Shown here piece after piece: positions 25,781-42,200 of a stretch of DNA of 64,000 nucleotides (positions within the stretch are counted from its first letter, which is position 1; the number at the start of each line of letters is the position of its first letter). This stretch comes from Eledone cirrhosa (Eukaryota). The stretch lies in contig OZ024743.1 in NCBI GenBank assembly GCA_964016885.1, forward strand, positions 109,244,001 to 109,308,000, written 5' to 3'. A model generated the notes under the pieces. That model worked only from the letters and a program-made list of their open reading frames with translations, was not told the DNA's origin and did not search any database. The position numbers were made by a program, and so were the translations under genes.

Positions 25781-28700
25781 TTAATTGTATGAAGGTCTGG
25801 GCACAGATATATTCTCGAAACATCATATCTAGATTTGTTTATATGGTCTATTGTCTAATAGAACAATAGAGTAGTTCATTCTAGTGTTTATATTAATCTC
25901 AGTTACGGTTCTGATCACGAATGCTTGCATTCAAATAACTTGACCGTGTTTTCTATATGTTCAGTTGTTATTTATGGTATATTTGTACTGTATTCATGAC
26001 TTGTATGTACGTTATACGTCTTCTGTTGTGAAATACGTTGTTTTGTTCTATCAGGGTTTAACATCTGAAGATTGTCGCTTTAGCAGTGTAATTTCCTTTC
26101 GTGGATTCGTGTGTACTGATAATATTTTACACTTACTTGGAATGTTTTAAGCAGTTCGTGTTGTATTTTCGAATTTCCGGTTTCATGTGTAACGTTTTGT
26201 TTTGATTTACATCACTCTTACTTCAGACTTTAGATTTATTTTGCTCGTTTCAATATCTGCGAGGTCTGTGCTGGGCTGAACCTGCTCGATCGATGTTCCT
26301 ACTGTCTATATGGTGCAGATTTGTCGACTTAAAATAATTTCCCTGCTAAATATGTTAAATTGTGTGATGATCTGCTTTTGTTCCATGTTAATATTTTTTT
26401 TGTTTATGTGATGATCTGTTTTTGTTTCATGTTAATATTATATTAGAATCTCTAGAGTCGGTAGAACGTCGGATAGAATCTCTTGCCGCATTTGCTTTGG
26501 CTCTCCACGCTCTAATTTTAAATAATGCCATGGTGAATTTTAATGGGGTAGATTATTCATCAATATGCGTTCTATGGTGTTCTATGATTCAAGAAGTGCA
26601 GTCTCATGCAACACATGAAATTAATCTTACTGTCATTTAAATGGTGTTTCGTTGATGAACATATCATTTATGTACTTTTGGCGGAACGAAACATTTGTTA
26701 AACATTTGATACAGGTGTGTTGGATATTACTAAAAGAATGAAGGCAGGCGTATCTATAGTGTAACAGGGACTGTATTGACATGGTGCATCGGTTAAATTT
26801 GATTTAAGTTAAGTTCTGTACCTAGCAGGCCAATCAGCCATATGATGCCGCTCTCATTAGATTAAATACTACAAAATATAAATGAACGAGGAATGAGAAA
26901 ACAACTTTTATAGCTTGCTCTCATAACCGAGAAAATGTAGTCCGTTATGTTCCTCTTCTTTCTAAGTTCATATCTTGTATCTATGAACGTTACTCTGAAT
27001 TCAAATTAAGTGATATTCATTAGATGAGATGAATACAACATTCCTTATTTCGATGCACCGATGAAACATTTAGGTATGTCTTAACATTCATAAGACTCTT
27101 CGGTGATGCATTTATCAAAACGATAAACCATTTATTTTGTATGGAAAGTACATATGTACAACTTGAATTTAGCTTGTAATCTTTATATTCAACGAGATAC
27201 CCGATCCTGGATATACTTGTCTGGGCGTATAAAAATGATATTAAAAAATTCATGGTGCAAAGATTACTTCGAAGAATATGAGATAAATAGTTAGAGGTGT
27301 AGAAGGATGCGTGGGGAATGTAATTTTAAGGATTACGAGACAAGTCGTGATGAACTATGTAAAATTTACTGATAATAGTTGAAGCACAAATCACCAGAAA
27401 GAAAGAAATAGAAGGATTTTATTTCCTGCTAAAAGAAATTAAAGCCGATGTGTTCGAGAAATCAAATATTCCATATAATTAAAAGAGACAAATAGAAAGA
27501 ACAAGTTGTGAAATGAAAGAAATGTAATATTAAGTCATGTTATTTCATGGTTGGTGGATGGTATCGAATGTTTATTGAAGGTAAAATAATAAGACTAAGA
27601 ATAAAAAAATGATAAGAAATAAATAAAGATAGAATATGGTACTCGATTTATTGTGTGCTTAGTCAAATGGAAAACAACCTGACTTTATCGAAATCACAAA
27701 AGCTTTCGAGCTTTATTCTTGACCTTTATGTGATCTGTCAGCCTTAAAACTATGAAAAGCAAACAAAACGTTGTATAAATATCGATTGACTGTCTCAAAG
27801 TGAATTTTCTTTTAATGAAATCCTCTCTTCCTTCATTCTATCCGTTGTTTTGTTGTTGACTTTTAATGTCTACAACTTCCCCCTCTCTATTTACGTTTTT
27901 CTCTCTTCTATTTTCTCGTAACTTTTGTTATCCTCTATCTCTCTCACATTACGTTTCATTCCCTGTCTTCTCTGATGGAAACTATATGTTATATAAATCG
28001 TAATCTGCCATAATATTTATTCTGTTAAACTGCACTGCTTTACACTCTAGTTGCATGGATCACCGTCCCTCCAAATGCACAGACAAATTTATAAAATGCA
28101 TCGTTCCGTAACTGAAAATGCTATAAAATACTGGGAATCAGATCTACGCTTGTTTTAACAAAGTGCCAAATTTCCTTGCGTATATTGCATACGTATGCAA
28201 AGATTATTTTTATCCATTGATGAGGAGTGTAACTTCAGGTTTATTTAAGGATTTCTGGGCGACAATCTATAATTCCCTTCTCAAGAAATACTGAATGCTC
28301 TTCAATGCAACAATAATACTATGAATACAGGACTATGTTTCAGTGGCATTGTATAATACATGGTGCTACTATAATGTTGAAATGTAAAATACATACATTT
28401 TTATTTTCTTCTTTAAGAGTTACAGTAGACCTCCTTTCCTAGGTAGTATGTTTCCCCTAGATACTAAATTGGTTTGCCACTACAGTCACCAGTCAGAAGG
28501 GAATAAATTGCAGATCAATTTATGTGTTTGTATTTACCTCACAGCAATAGGTTTTCCATTTAGTTAGTATTTACAATATAAGTCGTTACATAAAATAGCG
28601 TCAGATTTTCAAATATACATTCTATTAAATTATAGTAATTTTTTTTCAAGTTAGAAGTAATCAGTGATTTAATTTTCTCTGTCTAATAATTTAGAGCTTC

Positions 28701-29239
28701 AAACTTCTGAGGTAATGTTTTTTTTTTTAAATTCATGGTATATATGAAAATAACATATAACCAGAGTACTCGTTTTCCGCGAGGGAAAAATCATGATTTC
28801 AGAACTGAATGATGTAATTTCCGTTCACGAGGTTAGCTCTGCCTTTCATCCTTATGGTTCGACTTTTCCCTCTTCCATATTGCTGGTCTTGTGCGAAATA
28901 TAGAAACAATTACATAACAATTACATAACAATTACATAACAATTACATATCAAAGTGATAAAGATCCCATAACTCCTTGTGGAATCGTAGAGGCACTGTC
29001 ATATGGCGTGTTTAGGGGCACATTTAAACATGGCAGAGTCCAACACTCTCCAGGACTAAACACAACTAATATTTTCTAATGAGGAAGAATCGACCCCAGT
29101 ACTGGATTGGTGCATTTTTTATCGACATCGAAATGATGAAAAGCAAAGTTGACAACTGTGGGATTTGAACTCTAAACGCGCAATGAGGTGGGATGAGTAC
29201 ATATTACTCCATACATACATACATACACATACATACTAT

Positions 29240-31975
29240 ACACAGTCAACGAGATCAGTCGCATATTTTGGCGTGGGAGATAATTTATTAAACTTAAGAT
29301 GAATACAATCTCCGACAGTAATGCAACAACTACAGTCATGTAGAATAACTGGATATTCTTCTAACTATATCTACTGAAGACACCTTTTATTTCGAATTCG
29401 TAGAGATATCAGACTAAATACATAATTCATTTTACAAGGATTTGCTACAAACCGCAGGGCTGAATACAACACCACCAACAACATTAAGAAAGTATCGAAG
29501 ACGAACAACAAGAAAGGTAAACAGACTTTATTCAGTTGTAGCTACAACAGAAACCGAAATTATAAATCGCATTTTTCTTGGAGTTGCCAAGTTAATGATG
29601 ATTTATTTAATTGTTATAAAATGGCAAAAAACAATCCCTCCATTTGCTATATGAACAGAATGAAGGTACATTGGGACGAAATACACCCAGATCTAAATTA
29701 TTTCACAGCGAAACAATTACGCCAACAAGCAACGTTTGTTGAACGTAAAAATAAGATAAATATTATTAATTGTAAGTCCCCCCACAACAAACCTGGGATC
29801 AACAATACGTGCTACAGGTCGCCATGCTATTGGACCTCCTAGCAGCCAGGTCGAACAGCGCCTCGAAACGAACTATGCTTGAAAGAAACTTGACACCACC
29901 TGTACCATCTATGTCTACCTCGAATGCTGGGGAAAGCACTATCGTTAATAATAATACTCGAAGGAATAATAATAATAATCGAAGAAATTTGACACCACGT
30001 GTACCATCCGAGCCTACCTCGACTGTTGTGGAAAATACTATCGATAATGATAATAGTCAAAAATATAAACAATTGAAAATTTCCTTCAACGAAATCTTCC
30101 AGAGAGACATCTCTCTCAAGACATCTTTCTGCTGTGCGGGATACATCATTGACTCACAGGAGGACAGAAATACGAACCTAACCCATAATTTCTTTGTAGA
30201 CGATCTGAAACTCTATGCCAAGAACATGGATGGGATGAAAAACAATCTTGACCTGGTTACAACGTTCTCAGAGGATATAGGAATGGAGTTTGGCCAAGAT
30301 AGATGCTCATACATGACTATACAGCGGGGGAAAACAACAACCCAATCTAGCAACATTGTCATCAATGGCCTAACTATTTCACCGATATCTGATGAGGACT
30401 GCTACAGATACCTGGGGATAGATGACAACATATCCTATAATGGTATCTGTAATAAGGAACGCGTAACCAGGGAATATTACACCCGATTAAGAAAGATTTT
30501 GTCATCGGAACTCTCTGCGCAAAATAAAACAGTGGCTCACAATATGTTTGCTGTGCCTGTCCTAACACCAACGTTTGGAATACTCAATTGGACGATAGAC
30601 AAAATCCGAACTCGAAAAATACAAAACAACACCGGAAACTTCCACATCAACAGTGACGTAGACCGCCTTTACTTGAAACGCAAGCAGGGAGGTAAAAGTC
30701 TAACATCAGTCGAGACAGCATTTGAATGTCGCATCATATCTCTCCCACAACATCTGCGAACCTAGAAGCGTAGGAGCCCGTCTCTCAGCAAGTCTGTCTG
30801 CATGAAACAGATAAGATGATGAGAGTTGGGAAGGAACTCCTCGAGAGATATTCCCTGTGTGATAATCAAAAAATCACACCCCAGGGAAGTCGCTCAGCAG
30901 TATCGCAGTGAAACCATGGATGAAAAACTGCATGCTTATCAGCAAAAAATCATGCATGGACATGTTGCCAGGAAGCTCCAGAGTGAGAGTAATATAGATA
31001 AGGAAAGTAGTCTATCTTGGACCAACAACCGCTATATTGGCTCCCACTTTAAAGGATACGCTTTTGCAATCCAATAACAGGAGATTAACACCAAATACCT
31101 GATTCAAAAAAGAGATAGGTATGCAGGCAAAACACCTCTATGTGATAACAAGTACAGACTCTGCAGAACTAATATCGAGGATATCACCCATGTCATCAGC
31201 AGCTGTCCAAAGATGTCATCGCGGTACTATCTACCTATGAGGCATGATGTAGTGGCCAAAACACTGTACAATGCAGTTCGTAAAAAAGATAGCCCCGATA
31301 ATAAATACATTAAAAGCTACAGCAATGTGGAAGACATCCATCTACATAATATGAAAGAGTACTGGTGGAATGTTCCAGTAAAAAACCCAATAAAATGCAG
31401 TCATAACAGACCAGATATTATGATATGGGACGGGAAGAAGAAAGCATGCAAAGTAGTGGAAAGTAGCTGCCCAGCAGATGCCAATATAATATCAAAGATT
31501 AGCGAAAAAGAGAATATTAATGCAGAACTGATGAGAAATCTGCAGATACTCTACCCTTATTACACCTTCAGATGTATGCCTGAGATTAGTGGGGCACTGG
31601 GGTATGTTAGTAACTGCCTCAATACAAATCTTGAGAAGCTAGGCTTCACAGGAACAGATATAACACAACTAGTTAGGAAATTACAAGTACAATCCATTAA
31701 TTGAACTGTAAAACTATGTAAAACATTCCAACAATTTTGCATCTAATAACTGCATATACACATGTACAGATACTAAGCATATACACATGCACACATACAA
31801 CTCAAAACATCCACATCCACACCTACAATAACATCCATAACTACACATGCATGCATACATACATAATCTACCTAGTTGATGTGTAAATTCCAATGAGAGA
31901 GTCTTGTGTCTATGTTAGAAACCGACTCTCTCTCTATTGGGAAACAAATTGTGAAATTATAAAACCAGAAGAACA
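29240..31975 (+). mobile_element. R4-clade RLE non-LTR retrotransposon with a large internal deletion
   Basis: N-terminal YMNRMKVHWDEIHP..QLRQQ; THNFFVDDLKLY; YRYLGI; DVDRLYLKRKQGG; AIQ*QEI; RLC..EDITHVISSC; RHD; NRPDIMIWD; (CATA)n at both ends. The 5' boundary is uncertain. Confidence 0.88.
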
Positions 31976-32271
31976 TACATGCATACATACATATGAATGA
32001 TATCATTGCATTCATGCTCTAATAATCCAATTTCAGACATACCTTGTTCAGGCTGGCTGATATATATCCTGTAGATGCATTAATGAGAGGAACATATATT
32101 TTGTGTACTCTATCCTCAAACTTCACCACAATTATCCTTTAATACCCTCCTCCCCACGCATCTTCGTAATTACATTAATATCGATATAAGTACTTGCACA
32201 CAGACAGCACATACACAAATATATTTATATGTGTGTGTGTAAATAAATAAATAAATATATATATATGTATG

Positions 32272-32885
32272 TATGTTATTCTGGTTTAATAATTTCACAA
32301 ATGTTTGTCAAGAGAGAGTCGGTTTCTAACATAGATACAAGTCTCTTTCATTGGAATTTACACATCAACCTGTGTATGAGTTTTTGATTGTCATGCATAG
32401 AATATATTTCAAGGAGTTCCTTCCCTCTATCTGTCTCATGCAGATATACTTGCTCGATAGATGGGTTCTTTCGTAAATGTTGTCGGAGGGATATGATTTG
32501 ACATTCAAATACTGCGTGGACTGACGTTTCAAGTAAAGACGGTCTATGTCACTGTTTATGTGGAGGTTTCCGGTGTTGCTTAGTATTTTTCGAGTCCTAA
32601 TATCAATTGCTCGGATTTCGTCTATCGTCCAAACTTTGGTGTTAGAAGAGGCACAGCCAACATTGTGAGCCACTGACTTATTTTGCGCAGAGAGCCCCGA
32701 TGACCATATCTTTCTTAATAGGGTACAATATTCCCTGGTTACACGTTTCTTATTACAAATACCATTATAGGATATGTTCTCATCTATCCCCAGGCATCTG
32801 TAGCAGTCCTCATCAGATATCGGTGAAACAGTTAGGCCATTGATGAAAATGTTGCTATATTTGGTTGTACTTTTTCCCCGCTTTA
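32272..32885 (-). mobile_element. Second, more deleted copy of the same R4-clade family
   Basis: INGLTVSPISDEDCYRCLGIDENISYNGICNK matches 30360-30460, and 32275-32370 is the reverse complement of 31875-31972; (TATG)n flanks. Confidence 0.9.
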
Positions 32886-32934
32886 CATTATGTATGTATT
32901 TTTGTATGCATGCATGTATACACACATGCATGTG

Positions 32935-34556
<1,622 letters not shown>

Positions 34557-34564
34557 CATATATG

Positions 34565-34630
<66 letters not shown>

Positions 34631-35120
34631 TACATATATGTATATATATAAATGGGACAACAAGTTATCGTTATAGGTAATCCAAGTGGATCAACGAAAC
34701 AATTGTCAGTACTTTAAATAAACTCCTTATTGTACAGCCAACCATGTTACTCTTCTTTCTTTAACTATGTATATAAATATATATATATATATACATTAAC
34801 ACACATTTGCTCATAGCTTCGTACAGATACTCTTTTATTTACACATATCCTCTTTGCTTCGTACGGACGTATAGTAACACTGACACACACGCTTACGCAC
34901 GTGCACAAGAATAGCTCTTTTTACAAGACGTTTTTTTTTTTCCATTTCAATTAGACGTGCTCCATCATCCACTTTTCTAAAAATATAAATCATACACAAA
35001 ACGCCAGCATCAACAGTTTTCCAATAGATGGCAACATGAATAGACCTGTTATTTTTATCGAAAGATATTTCTCCAATTACACTCGGGACGTCCTTTCAAT
35101 CTATCTAATTTCTCATTCAT

Positions 35121-35156
35121 TCTTCTGATGAAGGAGTTGCATCCGAAACGTTAAGA
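35121..35156 (+). ncRNA. Minimal type I hammerhead ribozyme (dimer-type stem III)
   Basis: TCTT-CTGATGA-a-GGA-gttgca-TCC-GAAA-CG-TT-AAGA, with palindromic AACGTT and a 4-bp stem I. Confidence 0.75.
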
Positions 35157-35248
35157 CCTTGTTCCTGCTATTTCGAGTGTTAACCTAATATATCGGTCCA
35201 TGTACTTTACCGATTGTGTTGTTATTCCGGTTACTTTTTACAAACACA

Positions 35249-35345
<97 letters not shown>

Positions 35346-35419
35346 AGCATGTTAATAGCAGTCAAAACAACTTGAGAATGTCGGATAAAGTTAATCTATA
35401 GACAGAAAATGTGGTCAGT

Positions 35420-35772
35420 AGCTGGTGCATGGAATTGTACTCTGCAACTCATATATTCCGGTTGAGTGCTCTGTATCATTACGCTAAACGACCGCTGACA
35501 ACAGATAACGTTTTAAAAAAGGCGAAATATTAGCTTTTGATACGTGAGAACATTTTCGCAATTAAAAAATTCCAAAATAGAATGAGTTGAAATATTTGTC
35601 CAAATGAAGAAATCTTCTAACCCAGTTGAATAGCTGTGAAAACAGATTTAGAAAATTAGAGAGAAATGTCCCTATAGACCGAGAAGTTCACCAGCAGCTA
35701 CTACTGAGAATCGAAATCTATACCTCTAAAATTCCGGCTGAATGCTCTCTACCATTGAGTTAAACAAACCCT
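35420..35772 (-). mobile_element. Two degenerate tRNA-like SINE heads (~35420-35495 and ~35695-35772)
   Basis: The minus strand reads taactcaatggtagagag...ttcgattctc (A and B boxes); no intact cloverleaf. Confidence 0.45.
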
Positions 35773-38700
35773 GATATTGCTAAAATCTTTTATAACGTTA
35801 AATATTATTTAGGTTTTCTAATGTGACAACATTTTTGTCTAAACATTTCCTAAAACACTACCTAAGGAATGATGGAAACGCATGTGAAATATCCATCTTT
35901 CCGGATGGCTCTATTCACCAGGCTTCAGAAACACCTCAAACTGTATACCCCGCAACTGTATCAATAAGCTGTTACGGCATCCCCACAGCGTTCTTCACTT
36001 CACAGAACAGACTACTAATATTAAAACAGAAGACCTGGTCCTTAAAACTACCAAAGTGATCTTTAGTTTGCTTCTTCTTCTGTGTGCGTCTCTCTCTCTC
36101 ACTCTCACTCGCTCTCTCTCTCCCCCTCTCTCTATCTATCTTTCCATTTCTCTCTCTCTCTCTCCCACTTCTCTCTATATATTTTGCAGAAAATGTAGGG
36201 ACTTATACACGTAATTCTTCTGTCTTAATTAATTGAAAAATATATTTTAGCTTATCTGCAAAGCCGTTAACTCCATATCCTTTTGATAAAAATATGATCT
36301 ATATTAGTTAACCAAAATGCAATGTTTATCCTTCTTAATTTGCGTTGCATGCTTTCTTTTAATTAGCACCAAGTAAGCGCAGCATTGGGTACGTCTAGGT
36401 AAAAGTGTCAATCGAAATTGCTGATGTGTCATTAACGACACATGACGCCTATATGGGTATTCAGTATTAGAATATAAAGGATGGTACATAAATAATTTAT
36501 AAAGGGTTTTAATGCAATAACAGAACTGATGAAAGATCTGATGGTAAAAAATACAGAAAATGAAATGAATACAAAGAAGCTAATTAAACAGCTGATACAA
36601 TATATATATTGAAATGAAGGAATCTGCAAACATTAGGCAAGCTACGTTTAACCTCATTTTAAAAAGAGATCAAGTTTATATTGTGCAAAAAAACATAATA
36701 TCAGAGGATTTATTCTTATATTCGGCTATATCAATGGACACCCTATTGGTGTAAGTAGAATGCATCTATAGCAGGACATGTGTGATGTGGTGTAGTCGAT
36801 GTTCAGTAAGTCAGAGATCCTCGTATATATCTAGTTAAAGGTAAACATGTTAATATGACCATCGTTAGATCTATATACCATATTGGTTTCCATATGAATC
36901 AGAAATTACATCTCATATACGATAAGAGTAGGACAATCATTATGTCTTCTTTTCTTAATTTGTGTATTGAAAACGATGCATATAAATGCTATGTTTATGA
37001 ACATTGTTCGATGCATTATCATTGTACGCCATGTAGCGTAGTTAATCGTTAAAGATGTGTATTATAAATAACTAAACATACATGCAAGTATATTTACCTA
37101 TACGAAAATGATTTAGAATGATGCATACAAAATATCTCGCTCACATTTCCAATTGTTGCAGAGAATTAATGTGCAGGTGAGAAGATTGTATTTTCGTTTG
37201 TACACATGTTTGGTTTCTTCAGATTTTGCAACGTGTATAAATACAAAAGACTCCGAATGCTATATTTACTGTTTGTATTTAATTGCAAATACCCGATTTG
37301 GCTTTAACTGTAAGAAACCTCATAAAAAAATGAATACAAATAACCCATTTCAGTTTTGCCTTACAAATTCATCTAATCCATTCAATGTGTAAATATATCG
37401 GCTATGAAACCTTCTAATGCAATTAGATTTTTTCGCCAAATGTTTTGCTGTTTATATATTAACTTGTTATTCCATGTAATGCTGAGATACAACGGAGTTT
37501 TGATACTAAATTCCCATGATGTTCTGCATGCTAAATATTGGTGGTTTATTAATTTTATAAACTAAAGCAAGAAACATGTGGAAATATGTGATATTGGAAG
37601 GGAACCATCATAAAATTCTCATTATATATTTATCGTCTTTCTGCTTTCTTGATAGTGAAATCATGCAATATTACAAATTACTATCGATTTTTTTCTATGA
37701 TGAGCTACCCTATAAATCTCAGTATGGAATACAACTCTTTCGTCTAAAGTATGGAATTTCTAGCACTCTATTATCTTTCCTCTATGGCGCCTGTTTTGAT
37801 CGTGTTGGTCTTTATATATGTACATAAGACGAAGCTATGCTCCCAATAATTATTTAATCAAAAGCGCAACAGAGCGCTACATAAATAACAAGCGACATTT
37901 AGGTAGTGTTTATTTATGTAGTGTTTATTTATGTAGTGTATTAACCAAAGATAAGTTTCCAGTATTCTACACCAGCTTGATAAAGTACAAATAAATATAT
38001 AGTACCATGAATTTATCCTACGTTTTTCTTTTACATGCGTGGCTTTGTAACTCAGAAATCAATACTTATTTCATAAAATGTGTGCAATTAATGACAATAT
38101 CATTAATATGCCATTCTAAATAACATTCAGTATGTGTTTACTTTGCTTTTCATTTGGTATATAAATCCAGAACCATGTATCAAGTATATCGTTTGTCCTG
38201 TCCTTGCCGTAATCTCTTTGGCTTTGAACTAAATATTCATGTTCACAATGGAAAACTACCAGACACTATTTTAGCATTTCATAAGCGTTTGCGTAATATG
38301 AATTATAGAACGTTTTGGTTATAATATTCCTGTATGAAACTAATTTCTTCTTCAGAGAACTATTTATCTTGTGGTACGGAAATTTGCATGAGGTATTTTA
38401 GAAATCTAACGCGGCTAAACATGTTTAAATACAGAAGATCAATCTTGCAATGATCACCATTAATTTTACAAACAAAATCCCTATAATCTTGAATGTTATC
38501 CTTGATATTCATTTGAACATCCCTTGAAAAATGTGTACCCAAATTAATCAGTTGCAGTTGAAACAATCTACTAGGAAATGTATACATGACTTTCGTAAAT
38601 ATCATATGTAGCTTGGCGGTTTCTAATTTAGCGAAACAGTTATTGTACGCTGGATTGGCAGTGGTGGATCCAACTGCCTCAATTTAACATAAAAATGAGC

Positions 38701-38892
38701 TCAAAATCACGCCGAATGACATATATTGCATAATATAGGTGTATTCTTGAAAATAATCTACTTAAGCCACAATTATTTTCACTATACCCATGCTTGGGTC
38801 TAAGCAGCAACACTGTTTATTACACCCAATCATTTCTGTTTACTGTCAATAAAATTTGACATTGAATTGATGGAGTGTTATTACATAGCCAT

Positions 38893-39074
38893 GAATTTGC
38901 AGTATCGGTAGAGAGTTGGACGCCATGCTTTCTAGCATAGCTACGTCCATTTACGGTCTAAGTTCAAATCCCGTCGAGGTTAACTTTGCCTTTCATCCGT
39001 ATAGGTTCGATAAAATAAAGTACCCTTAATGTACTGGGTAATTGCTGACCTTGTGCCGAAAATAGAAACAATTA
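38893..39074 (+). mobile_element. tRNA-derived SINE
   Basis: Collinear with 57220-57407. Confidence 0.85.
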
Positions 39075-40201
39075 TATAGGTGTGAAGTGTTTGAATATAT
39101 TTTTCATAGATTCGTACACAACCATGTGTATTAAGTATGATCTCTACATTAAGTTATTGCAGCTCAGAAACATACCGAGGCATGTGGTGTTATGACGGAT
39201 ATAAGGTAAGTAGATGTTTCATCCCTGATTGCGGTGTGTGGAAATATAGACGAAATAACAGCATTTTGGAAACTTAATGTTAAGATTTTACATGTAGCCA
39301 TATTCAATGCGAAATTTTCGAAGGTGGGAAGATGTAATTTCAGAAATTTAGTTTGTATAATGGAATTAGTGAAGTAAGTAGAATGTAAGTATTATCCAGA
39401 GAGCGAATACCAGTTGGATATTCCTTTCATGGGATTATCATATCCTACATTATAATACAAAACAATACGTATGCATGTGCTTGGTTATGTTTGCATATGA
39501 ATGGTTGAGTCAATATGTGTGATTTCACACATTGATAACAATATGTGTGATTGAAACATACAGCAGTCACGCACACACCCATATACTGAGATATATACTA
39601 TATACTTGTGTGTACTTGCATTCGGTCAGCCATTCTGTTAACAAATCTGGCTTTCTTGCTTTACATTATCTCCTTTCATACGTTTTGTCATGCTTGAAAA
39701 GAAACTACGTATATTTTATACATATGAATTTAATATGTTGCTATTATTTGCGCTACTGTTATATGTTTTCATTTCACATTTTGTTACTTATTGTCTTACG
39801 AAATCAATAAACATTAAAATGTAAGAAGTGTGCGAGAAAAAACTTCAGAAAAATGTTATCAAAAATATATCCTATAAAGTATAAGAAAAGCTGTTGTCAG
39901 ATAGAAAGGTGTTTGGTTTTGTTTTGTTTATCTCTTGCACTACACTTAATATTTAATAATTTATTCATTCTGATGCCTGCTTATGAATACATATGATTAG
40001 AGATGATGAGTCGTTGTTGCTTTCTTTTAAAGTGGGTGCAGCATATTTCTATTTAATGTCGATATTGTTTTTGTATTTGATTTTGTTTATAGTTTATCTT
40101 ACATTGCGCTTTGTGAACAGACATGAAAGAATTTCATTTCTAGTGACTGATCGGAAACTATTAAAATATCTACTCAAACAAGATCACCATACGTAAAACG
40201 A

Positions 40202-40292
<91 letters not shown>

Positions 40293-40364
40293 AAGTTGCA
40301 TGTGATTAATGAAAAAAAAGCTGTAGCGATATTTAAAAAGAGAAATAAAGTACACACAGACTCT

Positions 40365-40410
<46 letters not shown>

Positions 40411-40487
40411 AATACATGTATATATATATATATATATACATACATATATATATATATACATAGATATAAATACATATAAATATACAT

Positions 40488-40578
<91 letters not shown>

Positions 40579-41822
40579 AGACAGAAATAATTATATAAAT
40601 ATCGACATACGGTAAATGATATAGAGAAAAAGGCCTAAAACAAAGGATTATTTAGTACATGTATGAAAACTACCTTCAAGATCGCAGAAGCTGATAAATA
40701 ACAAAACAAAACATTTATAGAAGCATTGAGGAATTTGCTATTTTTACTTTGCATCTGAATTTTGGATATGTTGTTTTTTCTTTCCTTGCGTTTCCTGTAT
40801 TAAGTCTTTCCAAACCGAAAGAAAAATAATAAGCTTTTAACACATATCCTTTGGATTTCTGATCCATTTCACGGATTACATATAAATTTTGTTAAGACTT
40901 CACTTCTTTTGTTTTTGTATTTTTGTGCAAATGACAAAAAAGTAGAAATTAAAAAGGCCATTAAGAGATTATGTTAGTTTACCAAATATATATTGCACAT
41001 CCATATATACTTGTGAATGATACATACACAAACTATCTCTATATATTGCACATCCATATATACTTGTGAATGATACATACACAAACTATCTCTATCTCAC
41101 ACACATATGCATTCTTATGTATGTATGTATAAGTAAATATACGCACATATATACATACTTACCACTTTCCTTATCTCTCTTTCTCACTCTCTCTCTCTGT
41201 ATATATATAAGTATTTATATATATAATATACGATACTTACAAAACAACTAGCAGGTAGAATAAGAGCTAAGATACAATGAGAGGATATATGTTTTAATCT
41301 ATAATGGTGTTTATGTATTTCGTATTTTCTTATAAAAAATATAAAGAGATAGAATTTCTTAAGCTCTATCAAACGTGAGAGCTAGTCATAATTTGATTGT
41401 GACGAAAACTACAATAGGCATCAAAAATACAGTAATATACAAAATAAAAAAATTACAAATTTGGAAATAAACTACAATGGGTGATTTTAAAAGAGACAAT
41501 CCACAAGTTGTTAGCCTATAGCAAGTAGAAACTATTATAACAACAGTATGTCTTTAAAACTTACATCGGAATTATTTTAATTACTTACGAATGATATTTC
41601 ATTTTTTTCTACATTTACTCTCACTGCGGCTCTATTAATTTCTATGGCATTACCTCATTATGAAAACCATGTAGCAACTGGTTTTACAGTGAAATTAAAG
41701 AAAATACTTGAAATTAAAGAAAATAGGATGATTCATATATATTCAGGTTATCTGCATTCTAATTTCATATATATACATCCACACACACGCATATACCGGG
41801 TGTGACTTAAGTCGTACACGTA

Positions 41823-41854
<32 letters not shown>

Positions 41855-41858
<4 letters not shown>

Positions 41859-42200
41859 ATGGCTGCACCCTCGTTATCGACTCTTGCCATTGCGCAATAT
41901 ACCATTATTAATAACTATTAATTAATTATATCGTGCAATGCCTGTGCGTGAAGATTTTTTTGAAGTGAGGAAAGACTGTGCACTGAGCCAATCCCACTGC
42001 CTGAGCGACAGTAGCTATAACCCAAACAGGAGAGAAGATCAACATCGTCGGTAACTACTGAGCCGCAGGCCTTATATCGGAGTTATCCCAGTTTCCTGAG
42101 TTGCCTTCTCCTAGAAGAATGCCCTGACAAAGCCTAGGAGTCCTTACTAGGAGTGCTTAGAGGAAATACTGTATATATTTTATCCAATGATTCTATGGAC
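41855..42200 (-). mobile_element. Second bipartite non-autonomous RTE derivative
   Basis: On the minus strand, ctttgtcagggc..ctaggagaagg..ctttcctcactt..gcacaggcattgc (5' UTR-like) is joined to gcaatggcaagagtcgataacgagggtgcagccattatg (3' end). Confidence 0.7.

Noticed and set aside
29368-29408. ctaCTGAAGA...GAATtcgtag as a hammerhead
   Set aside because: GAAA is broken and stem II does not pair.
35695-35772. Functional tRNA gene
   Set aside because: Only A/B boxes remain and the stems do not pair; better read as a SINE head.
40987-41095. ~52 bp tandem duplication (also 11-mers at 28905-28950, 29-mers at 51467-51530) as a CRISPR-like array
   Set aside because: Two to four adjacent units with no spacers in eukaryotic DNA; ordinary slippage.
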